Positions 35,201 to 49,000 of a stretch of 64,000 nt of DNA are shown one piece after another; positions within the stretch are counted from its first letter, which is position 1, and each line of letters opens with the position of its first letter. The translations under genes were made by a program, and so were the position numbers. The stretch is taken from positions 3,065,584-3,129,583 of the forward strand of contig NW_003526944.1 in assembly GCF_000181795.1 (NCBI RefSeq). Reading direction: 5' to 3'. The stretch is from Trichinella spiralis (taxonomy: Eukaryota). Under the pieces are notes generated by a model. It was not told the DNA's origin and ran no database searches. It worked only from the letters and a program-made list of their open reading frames with translations.

Positions 35201-37083
35201 TATGAAAAAGGACCGTTAGATATACCTGCATTTATTAGGACACCCGCCATTTTCAGTTTTGCATGCTCCACAATAGATGTGCTCATCGGATTTGTCATTG
35301 CAATCTGCACTGCCGTCGCACATTTTTTCACGAGGAATGCAAGAACCATCACTGCAAATGAAACTGTCTGAAGAGCATAGGTCGTAGAGGAAATCGTTAT
35401 TTGGGCAGTCAATCTCATCAGATTTGTCTCTGCAGTCAGCAATTCCATCGCATACCCAACTTTCAGGGAAGCAAAATAATTTATCTTTGCATTGAAATTC
35501 ATTCTCATGGCATATATGGAAAGTGGGACATTTGTGTTCGTCATCACCATTCGGACAATCCCTGAAGCCATCACATACAACACTGGTAGGAATGCATGGT
35601 CCCATATAGCACTTATATTCAAAATTTTTACATTCTAGGCGGTTTGAATATTCTTCAAACAAAAGATGATCCATGCATGATTCTTCATCAGTACCATCAC
35701 CGCAGTCGTCCATTCCATTGCATATAAATTCTTTATCAATGCATCTGTTATTCTTGCATTTAAATTGATTTTCCAAGCACTCGTGTTCACAATGCATTTC
35801 ATCCTGAATATGAGGCACAGATTTCAGACTTAACATTTATGAATAAAACATTTTCATACTTCTCCATTTGGACAGTCTCTTTCAAAATCACAGATTAGAT
35901 CGACTGGAAGGCATATAGAGGGTTCAGAATTGCAATGGAAAGTATTGCTTGGACAATCTGACTTCATTAATCCCATTTTGACTGAGCAGTTTTGTTCATC
36001 TGAGCCGTCGATGCAATCGAATTCACCATCACAGAGCTTCTTCTTGCTTATGCACTTTCCATTTTTGCATCTGAATTTGTGAATACCGCATTTTTTCTCA
36101 TTCTTTGCTTCTACAATAAGTATACTGTAATCTTTATTGGCAGTTGAAAATTTACTTCATTAAACCTAAAGTTGAACACTGCAGCAATTAAGTGTGCAAA
36201 ATTGGAAAAGAAACTTTTATTATAATTTATTATCAGTAACCAGAATATCGAATTTAAAATATGAAAGCTCTTTGTTGCATTTATTAAGTTTAATTTTATG
36301 AACGATCAAATCAACGATTTAAATAACTTTAGCAATTGCAATCTGACTGCAAAATTTTACTAACACTAAAGATATCATTGTTATTATTAACACTACCAAA
36401 TTTAGAAGTAATCCGTTCAAAATATTCCACCATAATTATAATAAAGCAAACTATATTTTGCTTATTTTTGTTGTTTATACAAGAATTTCAAGATTCTACT
36501 GTTTGGCTTTTCAAAGAATCAAAACTTACTTATAGAACGCTGATGCTTTTCAACGTCTTCTTCAGTGGTTACATTTTTTATATTTGGGCATATGCTTTCA
36601 TCTTCGTTATCCTGACAGTCAACTTTGCCGTCACAAACTTTCTCCACAGGAATGTAAGTTTCAGATTTCCAGCATTCAAACAAATCTGTATCACAAACCA
36701 AGAAATCACAAAATGCAAAAAAATCACCAGCCCCTTTTGTGGTAAGAAATTTATGAATGGTAATACTTTTGCACGACTAATTTTATCCGTTTTATTTTAA
36801 CTTCATCTACCACTTAAAATTTTTCTTCATCAGTGGGTACATCTCCATCACTATTTTTTTTACAAATTTACAAAAAAACCTTACGCAGCGTTTGTGCCTA
36901 ATTTATGTTTCGCATGATAGCGCATAAATTAGTTTAAACGACTGAAAAAGTTACTGATCTGTGGAAAAGGGAATTCATACCTTCGCTTTTAAGTTTTTCA
37001 GTTTCAGTAGCTTTGCTACTATTGTTTGCTAAAAAGAAAACATAAAGAAGCAACAGCTTGCACAAATTATTCTTGCACTTCAT
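32299..37083 (-). CDS. LDL-receptor family protein (LDLR/VLDLR/RME-2 type): signal peptide, 7 LDLa repeats, 2 EGF, YWTD propeller, 2 EGF, TM, short tail
   Basis: Exons 5'->3': 36981-37083 (signal peptide), ~36733-36530 (5' junction tentative), 36110-35860, 35803-35226, 35118-34495, 34437-34240, 34177-~33981 (donor tentative), 33925-33762, 33048-32921, 32866-32711 ([24 protein letters not shown]), 32609-32471, 32397-32299. LDLa DCxDxSDE motifs; YFAD/LCD/YWMD/FWSD propeller repeats; EGF CKNGGKC...C.CP...GLYCE. Confidence 0.92.
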
Positions 37084-40000
37084 GATTTGAAAAGAGCAAA
37101 GTTGAGCTGTTTTTGCTAAAGATGACGCTTCTGCATTTTGATTAACAGTACCGTGATCGAATTTGCATAGTAGAATCTCATTTTGACCGAAAATGGCCTT
37201 GGTCCCCATGTAGTTAGTTTCCAAATATGTTAAGCAGTAAATGTCGAGCATCCGTAAGTGTCCTTTATGGCTGTGGGCTTTAGCCTAAATGTTTATTAGT
37301 TAATTCAGCTTCATCAGTTCATCATTTTAAAGCACTGTTTTCAAAATATTTTTTATACTTCAAATAACTGCATAAATTAGAACAATGCATCACGGTGCAT
37401 CATTTGTCCAATTTTTGCAAACTCTGAGACATAAAATTTTGCATTCGAAAAAATTATTTGAGAACTTCATTTTATTTCTTTTTGATATTTATTTAGTCTA
37501 ATGTGATCATCTTGTTTGCGATGTTTAAATATTTTTTGTTGTGAATTTTGATATTAGCATGACTTAATTATGATTTTTGTTTGTTTTACTATAGTAGGAT
37601 GAAAGATTTAAAGTTGAATTTTACTATTAGCTGATTTGAATAAGAAATGAACACTTTCATCATATGTACCACTGTAATACTTTTTCTGCATTTTCAGTAT
37701 GAAAATTTCGATGATATATATTATAATTTTTTTATATTTCACATTTATAAGTTTCATCAGCTTTAAATGCTCTTTTTGATTTGCGAAATTGATGAATTGC
37801 CTCCAGTTTGCAGCATAAACTGTTATACTGAAATAAGCTTTCAAATTCTCTAAATATCAGCAGAAAGGAAGTATGGTAATTTATTTCTAAAGAGTTTTCA
37901 GCATTAGTGTTTATATCAATCACATTTGAACAAAGCTTATTCGGATTTGCATATTTTCGTAATAAATCCCATAATGATAAATGAATTAGAAAATTGTTCA
38001 AGAAGCAAGATACACAATTTGTGAAGCAATTTAGCAAAAATTCAAGGACAACAATGGTAATCGGTGTGTGGTAATTTCAATTACCGGCTGGTTCTTAAGT
38101 ACGAAGAATTACAGTTAAAAGTGACAAGTTCGATTAGACAATGAAAGTAGGGGGCAAGACCCTGTTCTCATTGACTCCAGCTACTGATGAACAACTGAAC
38201 AAGGAAGTAACTGTTTGCTAAATGGCAGGTGACATTGTACCAAAGGTCGAATAAGATGGAAAAGTTTCACCACGATTATGGTCGATCAATTTCATGACCA
38301 GTTTATTATTATTTATCCCAATTAGCAGTCATTTGTACTGTTTGGTGCTGTTAATTAAATGTGATTGCGAAAAGTTATAAGGAATTGATTTTAAATTTCT
38401 TATAAATAGGAAAATTCTTATCTGCAAATTATTTTATGAATTGGTCGAAAATTGTTCAGTGGTAGACTATGAAAAACTTAATAATCATTTGAAACTGAAT
38501 ACGTTTTTAAAATGTTCCAAAGAGTAGTAACTTTTTTTAAAAAATAAATTTAAATTTTACAATAATAAATTGAAATATTTTGTTCATGTGAAATATTCGC
38601 TTTGAATTTGCAATTTTTCTTTTACAAACAAGTTTTTGATCATTTCCAATTGCACTAACTTGCGCATCATCAATGCATGACTATACTTATTTATATATAT
38701 ATTGTTTTCCTCCATTTTCAATGTAAATATTCACATCACACCATCGCCGCTGACAGATTTCAATGTCAGCCGTTTGGCAGATAAAACGAATTGAGTTGTG
38801 CTTGAATATCGATAATATCGAATGTCAAAAATATTAGTGCCATTTTGAAATGCTTCACAATTTGCTTAACAGCTGTCAGCTTTATTCGTGATCACTCTTA
38901 TGTTATTTTTTTATAATATTAATGTTATTGTTAAGAGGTGTTTTTTGTGGCTTCTGAGTAACAACAGTTTATGAGAGGAAAATTAAAACGTTTTCTTTTT
39001 ATCAAGCGAGCAGCAACAAGCGGGCGATTACTTTGCCAATTAGCACTGGCAATTTTCATCCTTGTTTTAGGTTAATATTTGAAAATATGTATAAAATTTA
39101 ATTGTGAAAAAACTTGTTATCATATTTATTAATAAGCTAAAAGAATATTATGAATAAATGAAAAAAAATTAAAATATTTAAACAGTTGAACAAATGATTA
39201 CGTGCTTGCGTCTGTGTGTCCATTTGTTTTGGCTCTTTGAAATAATTTGAACATTTCTCTTTCCGATGCATTTTGCCGATTAATGATCAGCAAAGGTTGG
39301 AAAAATTCGATTGCACACAACCGTCAAAATTTAGTCATTTGATTTATGTTTTCATCAAGCACTTCAGTGGAACAATTTGTCACGGCAAATAAACATTCTT
39401 AGCAATTTTGAAATGCATTTTTCTTTCCCATAAAATTTCTGTTTCCAAATTGGCATTTGTGCAATCAAAAATTCATTTCATTTATTCAAAATCATATATT
39501 TGATTGTTTGAATAATTAATTATTAATATGTTTGCATATTTCTATTTGTAATTTTCATTTTATGAAACGAGAAGACACACATCCGAGATGTACAATGTAT
39601 ATGAAGAGCATCAGATGGAAGAAATAAAAATGCAAATTAATGCAAATTTTACAAGCAATGCTTATTTTTGTTTGTCTGTTTGTTTATTTTGTTGAAATTT
39701 TAAAAAATAAGCTTTGAAATGATTGATAAGAGGAGTTGTGAATTGTCATTTTGACAAAGTGGAAAGATTATTTGTCATTGCATGCAGCATGGCATAGCAT
39801 GGCTTTGTGAAGTTGATGAAATTTTCACCAAATGTTTCTTCAGCAGACGTTTTTTCCTTGCCAGACAATTTTAAAACCTGATCTTACTGTTGTTTATTGT
39901 GATGAAGTGTTTTGCATTTTCTTGTTGCCCATGCTCATATATTTCTTGCAATGTGTGCCAGTAAATTTGGCCCTTTTTGTGTGCTCTGTAGTGTAGTGTA

Positions 40001-43000
40001 CTGTAGTGTAGTATAATGCCTGCATGTTGTTCTGTTCCGTTTATGGGAAGAAGTTTCGGGTTAAATTTGACGTCGTCAACTGCTCTCATGAACGCTGCTG
40101 TTCTTTGAAATTATATGAACAAAAAAGAAGATTAACACGAACAAAATACTAACTTTTTTGTTTTTTAGTTCACAACTATTCTGCAACGTTGTGGAAACTT
40201 GTATGATGCATTGCATAGTGTTGTTTCAAAAAAATGACTGGAATTTAGCATAAATTTATTTAGAATAAATTTTAATTTTGTTGTGGTTAATGGAATAAAT
40301 CACAAAAGTGAAATTAATTTGATTGCTGCACTGCTTATTTCTTTGAATTTCATTCTTGCTCACGTGTATCATGCGTAGTTAACATGACGTTGATAAGATT
40401 GTGAATTTGTTTCTATTCTTACTTCTACTGATGGCTCATTTTGAAATATTTATTTATTCCTTTATTTTGAAAACTAGTAAGTAAAAAATATTGTTCAACT
40501 TGCTATTGTTTTCTTTAAAAATCAAAATCCACCAAAATTTAATTAAATTTAAAGATCAGAAAATGAATAGCAACAGGCGAGCGCATAACTTGTTGAACAT
40601 GATGAAATAATTTTTAAATTTATTGTCTTAAATTTTCTCGAACAATCATTGCAAGCATGCGATAAAAATTCAAGTGGCTCTGTTAATTACTTTCTTCCTC
40701 GGGCATAATATTTCTTTCCATTTTTATCTTCAATAACAAGAAATAAATTATTGCTATTTATTTTCTGATATGGCATATAAAAATAACTTTGAAAACAGCA
40801 CAAACACTTTGTGAATGCAACGTGAAATGATAAATATGATACATTTTTTAACATTTTGAAAAATATTTTATTAGAAATTGATGAAGTTGAAATTTGTTAA
40901 CTGATGATCAACTTTGTAAATTTTAAAATATCACATGCATACAATTAAATACTACAAGTTGAGAGGCATGAAATGCACTTGAATTCCATGCTTCGAAGAA
41001 CAGTTGTATTCAAAAAATTCAAGATATTTCTATCAGTACAATGTCTTTTCTGACGATTAGATTTTATCTCAGATCAGAATAGAACGTGGTGATTTTTCCC
41101 AATGAATCAAGAAACAAAACAAATATTACTTTTATATCATTATTATTGCAAGTTCAAAAAAAGCAGTGTATTAATATGATAGCATCGTTTATTAATGAAT
41201 ACATCTCAATGTTGTTAACTTTGCTTCATCTAAGTATACGTAACCATCATATAAAATAGAAAGAATAGTGCATCATGTACACAAATTAATGCATCAGTCA
41301 TTATGACTATGTCAGTGCATTTATATTCTTTTTACTTTGAAAATTATAATATCTATTATTTCAGGCATTACATTTTTTTGTTATTTCATTTAAACACAAT
41401 TTAAACATGTAGTAGACAAAATTAGAAAAGTTGACAGTTGAAATTATTCATTTGAAATGAGCTTTTCTGAAAAATATTTATAAAATTTATTAGATAATTA
41501 AAAACGTCTGTGCAGAGCAAGGCAATTTCTTCTTTTTTATTATTTATTCGAATAATTTTGCATCTTATTATTTTCACTGAATTAATTTTCAAGCACACCT
41601 ACTACTGGTGATACAATAATAATACGATCATAAATTTGCAAAGTAAACAATACTTATGAAAGTAATAAACTGCAGTTTCTTTATTTAGCCTCTTTCATGC
41701 AAATTTTTTTATTAGCTTAGAACATTTGTTTCATGCTATTCATTGTTCATATATACGAGTTGCTTCTAATAAGGTAAGCATGCTATTTTTGTTTTTATTG
41801 TGTTATTATTATTAGTACTAGTAGTATTAATTATTACTTGATTAAAATGTAATAATGTTGATTGAAATCACGTTCAATGAAAATTCCAAAAAGAAGAATT
41901 CAAAATGACGACGGTTGTTAATCATTCACATTTCACAGTGGCCTTGTTTTTATTTTAAGCCTGAAATACAGACAACTTCAAATCTAGTCTCTTAGCCTGT
42001 TCAAGTAGTATTCGGTGAACATTTATCATCAGCTTCGACAAAAATAAATGCTAATTGTTATTCACTTTTCAAAATTGTTCTCAATTTGTCCAGAATATAG
42101 AATTTACATAATTAATACTCGTGTTTGGAGAAATTTGAAAAAATCATAATTGAAACGTTATTCCCGATTGACATATTTGATTGTAATTCCAAACAACTGA
42201 AGTGTGTTCTAAAGTTGAATATTTATTTCATTTCATATTATAAATAGCACGTAACATTTTCATGTTTTCCGTGTATTTTCATTTTTTGTTTTTCCTTGGA
42301 CAAATTTTATTATTCACAAATGAGGACTCAAGCGGTGATATTAGCAATCAAAATATGCAACATTTTTGTGCAACTGTTAGAGCCAATTTGCCCATCAGAG
42401 AAGAAAGTTCAAATTTTCCGTTTTTCATTTTTCAAATTATTTCGTTCTTTCTTTCTTTGCAATTTTAAGCAACTTGGATAATTCTACAGAAATAAATTGT
42501 AATTTATTAATGATTATAATTTTTTGAAGCTTACAATAAGCATGTGTTGTTTTCATAATGAAATTTTTTTTCATGACTTCTAGACTTTCACTTACTGCTT
42601 ACTTAATGAGATTTTTCAGTTGCATTTTTTTCATTTTTGCATCTCCATATGATAAAAATCATTGTTACCACAGGGAAAAAGTATATTATTTGGTTAATTA
42701 ATTATAGCATTGCATTACAATTATGTAAATTTAAAGTGAACTGTTCTACTTTTATTTCGACGATGAGAAATACATATACATATACATATAAAGATAGGTT
42801 GTTATTGTTGATGCGATGGTGATGAATAAAATTTTTTAAAAAACCCTAATAAAATAATGCAAGCACGTTATTATTGCTGTGTTGAATTTGACAAGGCCAG
42901 ACATTAGGGTCTGGATAAGTAGACAAAAGTTGACCAAGCTGATGGAACAGTTGACCATGAGATGTCAATTATTGCATTGGCAGCAAAATATGCTCCGTTT

Positions 43001-46000
43001 TGACACAAACCGTCTGCGGTTGGGTGATTTTTTAACGCCACTGTTAGCCGGCAAAGGCCATATGGTATAACTTGTAAGCTGGCAAATAGCGCACGTCCAA
43101 GAGGCCGAATTTCGATTTAGTTCCGCGTCAGCAGCAGTAGCGTTGCAGTCTGAACCACCACGCAGATTCGCGATTAGATAGTGTCGAATTAAAATTTCCA
43201 ATTGCGGCCCAATAGCCAATATTATGACTGGTGTCGATCAGGCGACTAAAAATTGAAGTCCACCCGTGAATTTCTCACAAGTCTGCATATAAGATCTTGA
43301 TTGATGCCCAAAGCCCGTTTAAATATGCTAGCCGTTTGTTTTTGTTGTCTAGCTTGTTGTAAATAATAATCCAGAGTGTTTCTTTGATAAACCGCCTTTT
43401 TTAAATAATTCTTAGATCCTCGTCTGATCAACCGTCCGGTCTCTAGTGATCATGCGACAGAGTCAGATCGCTTTTTAAGCTGAAAATTGAAATTGCCAGT
43501 CGGGACAGTAAAAGATTCAATCTTATCTGCGTTGCAAAATCTGCACTGCGTAGATCTGCAACTACTCGGTCGAGGAAAAGCGCATTGGACATTCATGGTC
43601 GACTACTGACGTGGAAGTAAGTTGGCGTCATGTTCTTGTTGACCATTTCTTTTCCATTCCAAAATTTGCACCGCTTTTTCATCATGCATACAGGTAAGCA
43701 ATGCATTTGAGAATAACACTGTTGTTGCTTTTATTCAAAATTAACTTTCTTCTTCGTCTTCGGCACTCGTACGTTCTTCCCTATTACACAGTAACAGAAG
43801 CGGTAGACTTTTTGAGATGACACTGTTATTATTAACTAACTATTAGTATCATTGAGTTTCACACTTTATCTAGGAAATGCAAACTGAAATTATAGTTTCA
43901 TGAGAAAAATATTTCTTTTCTGCTTATTATTAACAAAATTTTCGTGTATTATTTTCCACAAGACATTTGCAATTGGAATAATTCGACCATTTTTCCAAAA
44001 ATATTTGCTGTGAAAATACGCAACTTAATTTTCGTTCAGCAGCTAGTATCGTTTCATAAAAGTGATAATCATCAAATTCCACTGAACAGTTTATTATTGT
44101 ATTACAAAAAAGCACGCGTTGAACGGAAATGTGTATTCTTGAAAATTTAAATAATTTAATTCCAGAATTGGTGGTGAATTTTTGCTCGGTTATTTTTCTA
44201 TTTGGTAAAGCATTCAAAGCGAGGCTGAGCTTTCAAAATTCAGTGATTCACTTTAGTTAAAGAAAAGAAAATCGATGCTTTCAAAAATTACTGCAGATAA
44301 AAAAATTATTCTTCATGTCACATGGGCATTATTGAGATGGTGCATTTTCGCTTGAAAATAAGCAGTTTAGAAGTCAGTTTAAGCGATATAATTTATAACA
44401 AAACGCACAATGCGCATTCTGTAACAAAAGAGTTTTGCATAAACTTATTACTGTTTCTCATTTTAAAAAATGAATCGTAAATTAACGTAACATGATGGAT
44501 TAAAATAAAAAAAGTTTTTTAATCGTTGTGTACTACTTTCTTATTTGTCACTTTATTCATTCAGAAATTTCTCCCTGTTCTTCTTCATCTTTGTATATTT
44601 GCATTTAAAAATATAACGTACTGTAATCTTTGACAAATGTCGTTGTTAGTGATTATTTATTTGTAATTTTGGTGCAATATTTAAATCAAAGCTTCTGATT
44701 ATTGGTGTAACGATAGAAATAAATAGATGATGGTATTTCAATTTTGTTGCATGCTTGAGAAGATTTAAGAAAAGACTCCATGTCAATTGCATTGACAACA
44801 TAACGTTTTTCCTTCCTTGTTTTGAAAGCTCAATCGAAGATCAATTTGATCAGATTTAAATAAATTTCAACAATTTCAAAGTTGATTCATTTATATTCTA
44901 ACTTTGTGCAAGTTGAAAAAGTTTATAGAATGCATATTTGTGATAGGAAATTTGAGAAAAAGCAACAATCCTCAACTACTTGCCAAATGCTACCAAGGCA
45001 TCGTATGTTGTAGATTCTGTTCTGACTGTGTCATGTTTATAAAAGAAATTTGTCGCAGTTTTACGTTGTTGTCGTCACTGACAGAATGTTTTAGATGGAT
45101 GAAATGTTTTGTAAGAGGCGATGCATCGGTGCCGGCAAGTCCGGCAGCTTCCCATTTAAAGGGCTACCTACCTGTCAGAATGTATCACATCACGTTTATT
45201 TTAATGCCTTTGGCATTTTTTGTCAAACTGAGTTGATATGGTTCATTGGGATGGCTTCACTGACCGGTTTGCACTTTTTACGTAATACTGATCGTTGTAG
45301 TCGGTTTAATGACAGTGACACTTTGGCCAACGTTAAGCAATCACTTGATTATCATTTTATTTTCTTAAAGCACTTTTTCACGCTTTACACACAAAGCTGG
45401 AATTTTCATTCAGGGACTGCACTTTGCTTATTTCACAGCGACCGATTTCTATTCGACCAATATCAAATATTACAAACACTCTCTTGAACGATTTCACATT
45501 TTTCTCCCACTGAGCTTGCGCACGCCTCAAAGAAGCTTTCTACCGAATAAAAGTAAACAATTTATGCATGTATTTTTCTTTCTTTCTTTGCATTTTCGTT
45601 TTCATAAAATTTGCAACATATCCTTTGAGATTATTCTGTTTAATTCAATTTTTCCTAAGTCTCTTACCATTCTTAAAAATTTTTAGATATTCTCAGATAT
45701 ATTTTTTTTGCAAAATTGAATCCATTTCACTTTTTGGTATTTTAAAAATGGGGTATGTTCAAATGTTAAAATTTATAATTATTAAGATTATTAGCAATAC
45801 ATTATTATTCTTATTTTATCATATCACATTTTATTCACATTGGTATAACTGTTATGTTTCAAAATGGAAGTGATTTTGAATTGTACATCTGAAACAGTTT
45901 AGCTTTTTATGTAAAACTAAGTATGTTTAGGAATTTCATTTAAATTTACACTTCATTATGAGAAGTTATGTCAAAGTGTGATGTTTTGCTTAAATAATGT

Positions 46001-49000
46001 TTTTATTGTTTACTTTTGTTGCAGTTCAGCTTGTGAAGAGATAATTATTACATGCAGTACATGTTATTTATCAGATGAGATTCAGTTGCTGCATATTTGA
46101 ATGTTTTATTTAATTTTCAAGTAAAGGAAATTTAGCCTTTTGTAAAAAAAACGGTCTTACTAATAAATAAAAGCAGCTAACTGCTATGCATCCCAAAATT
46201 CAAATATTTTACAGTCAAGTTCAGAGCCGCCGACTGCAATGATAGCTAATTTATTGATTTTAAATTTCGTATTATTAATTAAACTATGTTTGAAAATCTT
46301 CAACAGTAAATTTGAACAACGTACTGGAAATGTTTTATCATGATCTGTTGTTAATGCTCGCAAATACTCGAAACTTATTGATGCTTTAGAGAGAAATTGT
46401 TCAGGCGCCTACTTTTGTATTTAATAATAATAAAGCAGAAAGCAGATAAAAATTGCAATACTTGTTGGCCAAATAGTTTTAAGCAAGGACAAATAGATTT
46501 TTAATTTCTGCTTTCATTTTTATTTTCAAAATGAATGAATGACCTTTTGCAATTTCCAGTTCATTAAGTGACGAATTTCATTTTCTGTTTTCATGTTGCT
46601 CACTTGCTTGTTTGCTTGTGTCTGTGCATTTAGATAATTTCATATTGTTATTTGATTTTACATATCCGCATGAAAATTTACAGCAGCATTTAATATTTGT
46701 AAGAAAAACATCAATAATACAATGGTGACAATAACGACAACCAAGTGAACATGAAGTAGAAATTTCATAAATATAGATGAAATTAGATTTCATTTCATAG
46801 TCTTCTCTCTGTTTTACCCAAAAGCACTTTTTATTATTGAAGCAAATTGCATTGCATAATCTAGAGACTTGAGTATAATGAAATTACACTTTTCACGTAA
46901 ATTTTGTTTTCGCTTTTAGGGCATCTTTAATTATAAATTATAATTTAAATATGCAAATTTAAATGATTTTTAAATAATAAATTTAAAATATTGTTAAAAT
47001 ATAGGAAACAAAAGTATATTTATGATTCACATAATGGATGTAATAATTCATTTTTGTTGTTTGCAAGTGCCGCAACGTGCTTATTTTATGTTAAATGGTC
47101 AGTCATTATATGTGGATGATAATCTTAATGAAAAATTGCGATTGAATGCGCAAATCATCAAAACGGCAGACATGCTTGCACCACTTTACTTAGTTTGCTA
47201 ATTTTTAATAAATTCATTTCAAAATATGTTTTCAAAACACCCCTTTTGAGGCTTAGCTTTCCCAGGCTAGCCGTGCAAATCTGTCATAAATTTATTGCAT
47301 TGCACCTATTTCATGGGCATTTCATTTTAAAAAAGTGTCAAAATTTTCAATGAAAGCTTAAATCATTTTTGGCGGCTTGTCCAAAAGAGCTCAACCGACG
47401 TGCGTGGTGTTTTTCGCGCTACATCAAATGATACTATCTGCGCTTATGACTAGCTAGACAACGAATGTCGTCAACGAGGCGCCATTATGATAGTTGGAAT
47501 TTGTTATTGGTGGTTGATAGTGTTTTTATGTTGGCACTGAATTCGGTTTCCAGTATTTTGCTGGAAAATTCCTTTTTACAGGCGGCGCTGTTTGCTTCAC
47601 AAACGCTGCACAAGTGAAGGCGAAAAAATAAAAATTATACAAAACCGTTAACTATGTCCTTTTCAAGCAGTGCTAATCTATTAATTGCAAATTTTCCATT
47701 CGACTGATTTAATGATTTGCTTTATTTGCTGGTCAGTTTGAGCACAGCTTTGCCAAAATTGACTACTACACGAAACAAATTCCCAAAGCAAAGATTTCCA
47801 AATTTAAGCAATTTCATTTACATACGCTAGCTTAAATGCTTATAAGAGCAAGAGTAGTAGCATCTTTGTAGACATATTCAAAAAATCATTGTTCGGTGTA
47901 AGCGTAACATTGAATTTCATGACGTGCTACCGATTAAGTACTAATATTCCATATGTATGGAGTCCCTCATGGGATAAATTGGGAATCTGCCGGTTTTCGT
48001 TTTCAAATTTGCTATGCCCAAGTGGTCAATTAAACGGCACTATGCTTTTGTAATCGTTGTGTTTTGATTATGCTCATTTGATTAGATTAGATTTGATTTG
48101 ATTCGGTGAAACATCGAGAAAGTGTAAAACATTAATTTTTGAATATTCTTTTCATATTTATTCCAATATGCAAGATTATTAATTGTTATTTTCTTAAGGA
48201 TGCTTAGTTAAAATAAATGTGAAACAAGGAAAGTTAGAATAAATATTTAATTTTTTCCAGAAAAATAATTCAGTTACCATCCATTTTATTGAAATGGACA
48301 TATTAAATGCAGTTTACCGATTTCTGAAAATTTTGATATGATTTGGATGAAATTTTCTAATACTGTATACTCTTAATACGTTTGTTGCTGTAACATAGGA
48401 GTCATTGAAGATCAATCATACAAATTTAAGGTGCAAAAATTTAAGGTGATGAAGTGATTGTTGTAATTGTGGATAATCAGTTTATTGAATTTGTTGTTTT
48501 AAAATAGCTCACAGAAATTATTTCAATTAGTTGAATTTAAAAATAAAGGTTCTTCTAAATGGATGTTTCTTCCGAAACTCTCATTTGCAAAAAATCTAGT
48601 TCAAGTGTCATTAAACAAAGAATCTTAATTCGTTACTAGTTCTACCAAGTCATTGACTGAACTTTTTTCCATCTGTTTTTACAATATCTCATCAAAATGT
48701 GCGTTGCAATTTAGCAAAAAAGCACTTTAATTAATTAATTTGTTTTAACACTTCGACACACTGTATCAATGGGAATCGAGAAAATTACTCAAGCATTTAT
48801 TTATTTAAATCAAGTTTTAACTCACAAAAGATTTTTGACATGGATATTCAATTTTAGCAACGTATTTTCAATGCTTGTAAACTGTAGATTATATTGATGA
48901 ATACTTCATTATACTGCTACAGTATAAACTTAAGTGTGCTGTGATTGTTTGTGATGGTGTTGCCTGTTTCTTGAACTGCATGGGTAATAAATTAATTTTG

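Noticed and set aside
45095..45487. 130-aa ATG ORF preceded by TTTTAG
   Set aside because: No recognisable domain and composition typical of non-coding AT-rich DNA; cannot be supported without expression data.
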